Positions 52,067 through 64,000 of a stretch of 64,000 nt of DNA are shown here, piece after piece (position 1 is the stretch's first letter; every line of letters starts with the position of its first letter). The position numbers and the translations under genes were made by a program. This DNA is from Hormiphora californensis (taxonomy: Eukaryota > Animalia > Ctenophora): NCBI GenBank assembly GCA_020137815.1, contig CM035358.1, forward strand, positions 2,728,001 to 2,792,000. Direction: 5' to 3'. The notes beneath the pieces were generated by a model. That model made no database searches. It was given only the letters and a program-made list of their open reading frames with translations, and was not told the origin of the DNA.

Positions 52067-54896
52067 ACGCGGTGCATGTTAAACCCACTGTGGGGGAGAT
52101 TTGTCCGATCAGAGAGAGAGGGAAATACCCGGAAAATTAGCAACCGATTGGAGGACAAAGAACAATGGCAACACGACAAATTACCCCCCACCCAGAGCAG
52201 CCGGGACCCAAATAATAGACAGATTTTCCAAGGAGTGGTGGACTAGACCGTCCACCTTGGCACCTAACTAATCATGATACCTCCCACTGTTAGCATGAAA
52301 AAACTAGTAGATGAAGCAAAACTCGAAAGAATTCATCTAATACCTACTCCTAATGTATTTCTTAGCTCATTTTGCTACTCATTATGTTACTAATCATGTT
52401 ACTAACCTACGACAACGTGGTCGATCTCCGCCTGTAAGTCAGCCGCAGGATCTGAAGATGGGGTACGGGGTCCTGGTGCTGGGGGCGTAGTATTGGTAGG
52501 GGTTGCTGCCGTTGTTACTGGGGTGCTACAGTTGTTCATGTTGGGCTCAAGTTTCACCTGGTGGAAAATGTGGGAGTTAAAAAACGAATCACTCACATAA
52601 TTTTCTGGAATTTAACTATTGAATCATTCATGTGAGAATAATTAATACTGGAATTACAACCAACCTGCACAGTTGAATTATTGTTGCTGTTAGTGATACT
52701 GTTGGGGGTAAGTAGAGCAGTTGGCGTCGTTGTGTCCATGGGGGTATCCTTTCCACCCTCCCCACTATCGCTACCACTCTCCTGTTCTAGCTCCTTTATT
52801 TTTAGTTTAATGCAACAACCACTCTTCTGAAGGCTATTCAGGGCGTCTACCACCTCTCGATTTGAGCTGACCTGCAAATATAAAGGGGGTAGTAACTCAG
52901 CAAAAAGGGCGTGTATAAATTGTAGAAATGGAACAACACTCCAAAGTGCAGAACTTTACTAAAATATTAAGACCTACTAAAAATGAGTTGTAGCTGGTAA
53001 ACTCGGCAGTAAAAAAAACTCGTGCACAAACTATAAAGTGTACTCAGGAGAAAGACCGATTGGAGAATGGAAGAAAGCTAGAAAAATGCAGATTTTAACA
53101 ACTATTCAGTAGAATAATATGGGTAATATGGTAGTTCTGGGCTGAACATTTTCGACCGCTTTAAAGCGCTTTAAAGCGTTTGAGAAAGCGCTTTATAGCG
53201 CTATAAAGCGCTTTAAAGCGGTACCGCTTTAAAGCGCACCGCTTTAAAGCGCTTTTAAAGCGCTAAAAGCGCTTTAAAGCGATTCTTGTAACGATTTAAA
53301 GCGCTTTTGAAAGCGCTATAAAGCGCTTTCGCAAGCGCTTTAAAGCGCTACCGCTTTAAAGCGCTTTTTTTTGTTCAAAATCCAAAAATAAAGCGCTTTA
53401 AAGCGCTTTAAAAGCGCTTTAAAAAGCGCTATAAAGCGCTTTTAAGAACGCTTTATAGCGCTTTAAAGCGCTTTAAATCGTACAGTAGCGCTTTAAAGCG
53501 CTTTTTAAAGCACTTTTAAAAGCGGTCTAAAAAGCACTTTTAAAAAGCACTTTTAAAAAGCGCTACAAAGCGCTATAAAGCGCTTTTTAAAGCGCTATAA
53601 AGCGCTTTGTAGCGCTACAAAAAGCGCTTTATAGCGCTTTAAAAAGCGCTTTATAGCGCTTTCGAAAGCGCTTTATAGCGCTTTATAGCGCTTTGAAAAG
53701 CGCTTTAAAAAGCGCTTTTTATAGCGCTACAAAGCGCTTTAAAGCGCTATAAAAAGCGCTTTTTAGCGCTTTAAAAAGCGCTATGAAAAGCGATTTCGAA
53801 AGCGCCTTTTAGCGCTACAAAAAGCGCTTTAAAGCGCTATAAAAAGCGCTTTAAAGCGCTTTATAGCGCTATAAAAAGCGCTTTAAAAAGCGGTTTTAAA
53901 AGCGCTTTAAAGCGCTATAAAAAGCGCTTTATAGCGCTTTGTAGCGCTTTTAAAAGCGCTTTCGAAAGCGCTATAAAGCGCTAGAAAGCGCTTTAAAGCG
54001 TTTGAGAAAGCGCTTTATAGCGCTTTTTAAAGCGCTTTTAAAGCGCTTTAAAGCGCTTTATTTTTGGATTTTGAACAAAAAAAGCGCTTTAAAGCGGTAG
54101 CGCTTTAAAGCGCTTGCGAAAGCGCTTTATAGCGCTTTCGAAAGCGCTTTAAATCGTTACAAGAATCGCTTTAAAGCGCTTTTAGCGCTTTAAAAGCGCT
54201 TTAAAGCGGTGCGCTTTAAAGCGGTACCGCTTTAAAGCGCTTTATAGCGCTATAAAGCGCTTTCTCAAACGCTTTAAAGCGCTTTAAAGCGGTCGAAAAT
54301 GTTCAGCCCAGAACTACCATATTACCATAATATGAACTCAAGTCGCTGAAGTGCGTGTGCGTCTGAGTGGGGCTTCCCCGAACAAAATAACTCTTAGCAG
54401 TGCCAGTCACAACTCTGCTGCAAATACACCATGCTCGAACACAATGTTACATGCTAGTTCCTTACCGGTCAAAATGAAAAACTGAGATATCTAGGCAATT
54501 ATGATAACTGGTAATAATTGTTATTTTACAAATCTGTGTTACAAAGTTACGACGTTCGGGAACACTACAATCAGGATCTGTCATGATTCAAGACAAATAT
54601 TATTATCTTAGTAAGATAGAGAGAGAGACGATGGTTGTGATGTTACTACCCTCCCTAAATCTACTAAGATTTCTACTCACCGTAATCTCGTCATCGTCAT
54701 CATCAACATAGCTTAACCGAACATTCCCGTTACTATAACAATCAAAGTCGTACTGCCGTGATAACAAATTCAGGATGTCATCGTACGGTTTCTCGTGGTC
54801 AAGAATCTTGAACTTTCTGATCTCATCCCGGTATGCTACCTTCACGTATATTCCCCCGTTCAAACAGTGCTCGATAGCATCATTCTGCATTTTCAT
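41212..54896 (-). CDS. PB1-domain protein with a long low-complexity S/T/P/N-rich tail; ~10-kb intron (~42461-52408); apparent frameshifts in the 3' exons
   Basis: Exon 1 IYVKVAYRDEIRKF...VRLSYVDDDDDEIT and exon 2 VSSNREVVDAL...IKLKI form a PB1 domain with the basic K and acidic OPCA motif. Further GT-AG exons at ~52409-52557, 42301-42460, 41898-42146, 41448-41765 and 41212-41332. Confidence 0.75.
47292..47442. repeat. (CTCTATCT)n octamer microsatellite merging into (CT)n
   Basis: Directly visible; one of many (GA/TC)n tracts in the window. Confidence 0.9.
50130..51055. other. Low-quality, homopolymer-inflated sequence (probable assembly artefact)
   Basis: Abrupt switch to long A/G/C/T runs, with the same signature as 24096-25630. 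Confidence 0.8.
53122..54326. mobile_element. Non-autonomous TIR element with 8-bp TSD (ATAATATG) and GGTAAT termini (Merlin-like), filled with AAAGCGCTTT palindromic repeats
   Basis: ATAATATG|GGTAATATGGTAGTTCTGGGCTGAACATTTTCGACC ... GGTCGAAAATGTTCAGCCCAGAACTACCATATTACC|ATAATATG. The superfamily call is inferred from the GG ends and 8-bp TSD. Confidence 0.85.
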
Positions 54897-55813
54897 CCTG
54901 ACAGAGAGCGGGTACTATTTCAATGTGCAACAATGGGTCACAATTTGGAATTATTCACTCTTTAGGGATGTCAAGATAAGCAGAGATTGAGAACTCGAAA
55001 CAAAAAAATACAAATCTAGAATACAAATCACAACTCAAGATGCAACATCAAACAAATCAAAGTTCAAACTAAAACAAGTAAGCACGTACTACATACTACA
55101 GGAAAAGGTTTAACAGCAGTTTTCACTTGGTTTAACAAGATGAGGAAACACAAATTACGAGTCAATAACAAAGAAACAGGACACCAACATTAGGGTATTA
55201 GGAAAACAACTGAGTGGAAAGCGAACCCAATCAACGAAAGCTAATTACGATAATTAAGCAATGTAGTTTTTGAGGAGGGTGAAGGGCAAGTGTAACGCGT
55301 GTGTGGTAACGCACGACTGGCTTGGGTCGCGTCCCAACACGTGAACGGTGAAAGAGAGCCCGTGGCGCGCCTTACAGCCAGAGCCGGGCTGAGCTGAGCT
55401 GAGTTGATCTGAGCTCTGAACTTGTATTGGGTGAGCGCGCAGCTATGTAAACAAAAATGCAGCAGTTGAACGATTTCGTAGCGTGTTACATTAAACACTT
55501 GAAAAAGCGGCGCAAAGTGGCAAAATAAATGCTGCTTTTAAAAAAATCAAAAATGTAAGATTTTCGTGATTTTCGTGATTTTTGTGATTTTCGTTGTTCC
55601 CTTTTCACTTTTGTTGACTGTTCTCCCTCTAAAGTGCAGCTTTTGAGATCTCTAGCGCTAGCATTCCGTCATTTTAGTCGTTTTAAATATATTTGTATCG
55701 CCTAAATTGCTTTGTCACACCTTAAACCAGAAATAAAGCAACTTTCAAAATTCACCAAAAATGGTCGATATCTCATTCCCAATCCCGAATTCGGTAGGAG
55801 TTAGGGGAAGGAA

Positions 55814-56269
55814 ATGGAAACCCCGGCCTCGGTTAAGATGAAGGAATTCCTGTCAGGACCCATGGGCGATAAACCTGTAAGCGCTCTCCCTGGAGTAGAA
55901 AGTGGCATTGAAACGAAACTTATCGCTGAGGTGCGGCGTCTGGTTTGAAATCTAGGTCTTAGGATAAACTCTTAAAATTAGCAGAACTGGCACATAAACT
56001 TATTATGGTCTCTGTCCTTTCCAGGGGTTTACGCACGCATATTCCGTTCTTAGTAAATTTCTTATGCTGAGCAAAAGTGAGGCCAAACTGTCCTGCTGGC
56101 TTGAAGAAAGTATGGGAGCCGAGCCTCATCAAGGTACACAGATATTGAGTAACTCGACCATTTGTTTCAAAGAGTTGTTGTGTTGCAATTTGAATGCTGA
56201 AGTTGTTCCCCCTTTTTAGCTCAAGATTGTGCGAGGTGTCTCCGGGAATGGTGCGAGATATTCATGTAG
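55814..56269 (+). CDS. Divergent barrier-to-autointegration factor paralogue (3 exons)
   Basis: METPASVKMKEFLSGPMGDKPVSALPGVESGIETKLIAE/GFTHAYSVLSKFLMLSKSEAKLSCWLEESMGAEPHQ/AQDCARCLREWCEIFM*; same intron positions as the adjacent BAF gene. Confidence 0.88.
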
Positions 56270-56404
56270 CAGCAGACAATCAGCACCTTGGAATACTGCA
56301 TCATTGTTGAAATTGTTTGAGACGAGATGTTTGTTTCTCGCTTTATATTATTTGTAACCCTCATTTTCACTATTTCCCTTCCCTGCAGTAGTAGCAGACT
56401 AGCC

Positions 56405-57013
56405 ATGTCGACATCACAAAAGATGAAGGACTTCACGTCCGAGCCCATGGGTGATAAACCTGTCAAGGCACTAGCGGGAATTGGAGAAGTTCTAGGAGAT
56501 AAACTTATTGAGGAGGTCAGTAAACTAAATTTTATTCCACGAGTGTTTATTGTGGCCTTATGTATGTGTTTAACTTTAAAGGTCAAAGATTTAACCACCG
56601 TGTCTTTATCATCCCTAATTAGGAGTGCTGTACACATTTTAGTATGCATGACAGTTAGCGTCTATCTCAAATTGCTGCTATTATAGCTCTCTCATTAAAT
56701 TCTCACTCTCCCAGGGATTTACATACGCCTATACAGTTTTGGGTCAGTTCCTTGTGCTTGGAAAAGACGAAGAGCTGCTGAAAATGTGGCTGAAAGACCG
56801 AGTGAGGGCTAATTCCAAACAAGGTAAAGAAGTGGTTCTTTTTTAACCACTTTATATTTTGTCTTTCTTGATATTATCGCCTTTGTTGTTTGTCTCTTTA
56901 GCCAACCATGTTTAACTTTTTTAATACCACATGACGTCCAGTTCTGACAACCACTCCTTTCAGCTGGCGACTGTGCCCGATGTCTCAAGGAGTGGTGCGA
57001 TGCTTTCTTGTAA
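56405..57013 (+). CDS. BANF1: Barrier-to-autointegration factor (3 exons)
   Basis: [89 protein letters not shown]. Confidence 0.95.
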
Positions 57014-57312
57014 CCGGAGTGCGTGCTACAATTGGTTTTGTTTTACTAATTTTTAATATGCACTTTTTATTCAAATTTGTAGCCTTTTCTCTCTCTATAT
57101 CTCTCTTCAAAAAGACACAGTGTGATGTTACTCGACCATGTCTCCTATTTATTAGTTGTTATAAAAAATAAGTTGTTCAAACATATATTCAATTATCGCT
57201 GTTTGTAATTTAACCACTTTTACTATAAAATCCTTTGTCCCTAATAAAATACACCCCTAGATCCTATCCTCTATTGAATCCGCCCCAAATAAACTTTTCA
57301 ATTTCTATAGCC

Positions 57313-59387
57313 ATGTCGCGAGACAATTGGGAAGGTGCTGACCCCAAGTACATAGGCAAGTGTTATATTGGTGGCCTGGGTGGTGATGTTACCCGGGGAC
57401 AGATAGAAGAGGAATTCAGGGAGTTTGGGTCAATCAGGGAAATCTGGGTGGCACATAACCCTCCCGGTTTTGCGTTTGTGGAGTTTTACGAAGAGAGAGA
57501 TGGTGAGTAAGGCGGTTTTTACTTACTTGAACTCTGTCTTTTGTCGTTGAACACCAATCACCCCGCCACATTGATTTATTATTTCTCATTTCTCAATCAT
57601 TTTCTTTGTCTCATTGCTTTGTCTCAGGGACGGATGCTATCCGAGCTATGGATGGAAAGAGAGTGTTTGGCTACAAGCTGTCTGTGGAGGCCAGTCATGG
57701 GAAAAAGAGTAAGAAGAAACGGTATCTTGAGGATGTGAGATGCTACAAGTGAGTGCTCATCTTTGCATTGTCCATAAAGTTATCCGAAAGAGAGATATAG
57801 AGGGTTTGAACTGGTTTGAATAGCCCTCCAACGGCCCTTGTCCTTACCAGTTCCTTGTTCTTTAACCGTTCTAAATAGTTTTCAATTCTGACTTACCCCA
57901 TTCGTATTCCACATGACTAACCTCCGATCCCCCCAGTTGTAACAGGTGGGGTCATCTTGCCAAAGTGTGTACCCGTAGCAGTAGGGACTACAAGAATAAT
58001 TCACCGGGTCGACGTGGCCGATCTCGTTCATTCTCTCCCGGTCCTGGACGAGGCAGGAGGTCTCCTCCCAGATACCGATCCAGGTTAGAAATAAAACCTG
58101 AGTAGCTAGCTAACCTCGAAATTACATTTCTCCTGCAAAAAAAGACATAACATTGCATTTCAAATGTTTGAATCTTCATTTTTAACACTTTCCACCTTCC
58201 TAGGTCGCCACGACGCTCCAGGTCCCCTCGCCGCCGATCTCCATCTCCCCGCCGCCGATCTCCCTCTCCCCGACGACGATCTCCCCCTCGACGTGACCGA
58301 TCTGGATCTAGGCGAAGATCTGGATCCCGAAAAAGGTCCGGGTCCAGGCGACGATCCGGCTCTAGGCGGCGATCTGGCTCCGGATCCAGGCGACGATCCG
58401 TCTCTAGGAAACGGTCCGGGTCCAGGCGACGATCCGGCTCTAGAAAGAGGTCCGGTTCCAGGCGGCGATCTGGATCCCGAAAAAGGTCTGGCTCCCGAAA
58501 AAGGTCTGGCTCCAGGCGACGATCTGGCTCTAGACGACGATCTGGATCCCGAAAAAGGTCCAGCTCTAGGAAGAGGTCCGGCTCCCGTAAAAAGTCAAGG
58601 AGTCCCTCTCGAAAGAGGTCCCGATCTGGGTCTCGAAAGAGGAGCAGGTCTGGGTCTCGAAAGAGGAGCAGGTCTGGTTCTGTGAAGAAAGAGAGAGTAT
58701 CTGCCTCACCCCACCGATCTAGATCTCGAGATAAAAGAGCAAGGAGTGGCTCTCGGTCACCGCGAAGGTGCGTGTGTTGTTGTTTTTGTAAACCTACATC
58801 CTAGTTATATTTTACACATTTCCATCGGCGAGACAATCATAACAAACATCTTCCTCCTTCAGGAGTGAAAGTCCATCAGAACGATCAAAAAGGTAAGAAC
58901 TGACATTTGGGGACAAATCCAAACTTTTTAAACCCCAAAAAGAACTTGTCCATTTCAATCTTCCCACACAATCTCTCTTGTACAGTTAGTTGCTACTGAA
59001 TTTTCAACTTAATTCTACATTCAACTACTGCTAAAATTCAACAACTCAACTACTTAATTCAACTAATTACTACTACTACTACTACTACTGTCTGTGTGTA
59101 ATTCAACCACTACACTGAGAGCTACAATCCACCACTCTCCGTATGCTCTAGTTTAACCACACTCGCCCCCTGTCGCATACGTAAGTGTGTGCTTTATTGG
59201 GAGAGATAAAGGGTGGCCCGAAAAAACATTGCCGCCCAAATGTTCAGCTAAACCGTGACCCTGTTTGTTTGAAATGAAAGTCACCTAAATTCTTCTTTTT
59301 GTCATAAGAGTTCCTACATTAACACCCTTTTTATTCAGATCACGAGACGACCAAGACCAGGAATTTGTTGACAAAGACGATATGTAA
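57313..59387 (+). CDS. SRSF7: SR splicing factor, SRSF7/9G8-like (RRM, CCHC knuckle, long RS domain)
   Basis: KCYIGGLG...IWVAHNPPGFAFVEF, CYN/CNRWGHLAKVC knuckle, RRRSPSP and R[RK]RSGS heptad repeats at 58204-58767. Confidence 0.85.
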
Positions 59388-59873
59388 ATCCTTTGGGGGG
59401 AAATGGTCATCATATCAGGAGAAAGTGACACCAAGAAAAACGGATATTTCAAGAGACTCGTGTTTTTATTTTAGCCAGAAAGAGTTGTATCAGCTGCAGC
59501 TGTGTTCTAACTTTGTTTACTTTTGAGATAACGCCTTTTCTTTACTTCTGGCTCGATAGATCTGTCCAGACTCCACTCTCCAGTGTTGGACACTGTGGGA
59601 CACAAGGCGGGGTGGCATTGAAATGGATTCCGAACGGAACGCGCGGCCATTGAGGGTGGTCTCCCAAGTTGAAAGTACAGCATTTCAGCACTGCTCGCAC
59701 GTCTCTGAAGGCGGGGTAGTTTTGCACGCGCAAATAATAACGCGCGCCGCGTTTTAATACCGAATTGATAAAAACGTGAACTTTTTCAGCTGCAAATGAC
59801 TTTTCAACACGTTTTTTGTCGTTTCGTTCCGCTTTCCAAGTTCCCAAACATTCAAAATACCCCTTCCCCTAGA

Positions 59874-60188
59874 ATGTTCAATCTAGCAAGGACCGTTCGT
59901 CCTGCTGCCATAGCTCGATTTAGTCGAGCTTGTGCCAGCACCCATACTGGTCAATCATACGAAGTGAACGACCCCCGAAACGCCCGATTTATCGGAGGAA
60001 AAATGAAGGAAGTGAACCCCAACTTTGCTGTCAATATGGTAGCTGCGGAACCCATCGATGTGGTTGGTAAAACACACATTTATTGCGATGGAGGGCACGG
60101 AGCTCTTGGACACCCCAGGGTTTTCATTAATTTGGAAAAGGGAGTTACAAAGTCGTGCGGGTACTGCGGTAAACAGTTTAGAGCTTGA
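59874..60188 (+). CDS. NDUFS6: NADH dehydrogenase Fe-S protein 6 (13 kDa, zf-CHCC), intronless
   Basis: Mitochondrial presequence MFNLARTVRP..., THTGQ..DPRNARF..KEVNPNFA, CDGGHGALGHPRVFINL..CGYCG. Confidence 0.95.
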   Translation: MFNLARTVRPAAIARFSRACASTHTGQSYEVNDPRNARFIGGKMKEVNPNFAVNMVAAEPIDVVGKTHIYCDGGHGALGHPRVFINLEKGVTKSCGYCGKQFRA

Positions 60189-60448
60189 ATTGTTGTGATA
60201 TAAATTATAAGACTGTTTTGGAAGAGAGACTAATGCATCTTATTTGGTTATGAGCATAATGATGAGTTTTATAGTGAACGAAGATCAGATTGTTTTCTCT
60301 ATGTGGCATATTTAACCACACTATTTTGAATGAGCCCTCCCTCTTGGAATGAATCCAGGCCAGAGAGCAAGTCCGTTTTCTAATTCTCCCACCTTCTCCC
60401 TTCTAGTTACATGATCAATGTGAGAAGTGGCGATGAGGCAAGCGTGGC

Positions 60449-63726
<3,278 letters not shown>

Positions 63727-64000
63727 GTACGTCTAGTAGAGGATTCACGATAAATCAGGCTCTACTAAAAATGTCTGTAGTGTTCCATTATTATTTTTTC
63801 GATGCCCTACACCCTTCTTTGATAATGCTTCAAGTCTAAAATTATACGTCCACTATTACTACAGCATGATAATATAAGTGTGTACAACGCGAGTAGCCCG
63901 CTTACTAAAGAGTTGAGAGTATTTACCTCCAATTATTCGATACCAAATAGTCTCTCGCTATTCTAGAGATCGATGAGTTTCTCTCTATGTTTCGCTCGGC

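Noticed and set aside
53150-54300. CRISPR-like array
   Set aside because: No unique spacers, eukaryotic context, and bounded by TIRs and a TSD.
58164-58685. 173-aa GDDPAL-repeat ORF
   Set aside because: Alternative frame of the SR protein RS-domain exon.
59799-59810. 12-nt match to the SL (ACTTTTCAACAC) upstream of intronless NDUFS6 as a relict leader
   Set aside because: Short, AT-rich and not extendable; compatible with chance.

Overview
Eukaryotic (animal) genomic DNA, very probably from a ctenophore, because two copies of a 42-nt sequence match what I recall as the ctenophore spliced leader (SL). The window has compact, intron-rich housekeeping genes: the 3' part of eIF3g, V-ATPase c'' (ATP6V0B), GALM, SERBP1, FHIP2/FAM160B, a PB1-domain gene, two BAF paralogues, an SRSF7-like gene, NDUFS6 and an unknown gene running off the right end. 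It also has two intronless BTB-like genes (one nested antisense in a FHIP2 intron), two intronic tRNA-Asn genes, an L2/CR1-type LINE, several long fold-back MITEs, many (GA)n microsatellites and two stretches of error-ridden sequence. Main observations: (1) the identical SL forms the exact 5' end of two unrelated retro-insertions, the LINE and a 195-bp TSD-flanked insert with a Penelope-type hammerhead core, suggesting retroelements that use SL trans-splicing; (2) LINE ORF2 overlaps ORF1 in the -1 frame behind an A AAA AAC slippery heptamer; (3) there are two operon-like same-strand gene clusters, with splice acceptors just ahead of the ATGs; (4) a 1.2-kb element with an 8-bp TSD is built from ~10-bp AAAGCGCTTT palindromes; (5) one BAF paralogue has lost the DNA-binding GIG motif. 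All calls are from reading the sequence by eye; no searches were run.
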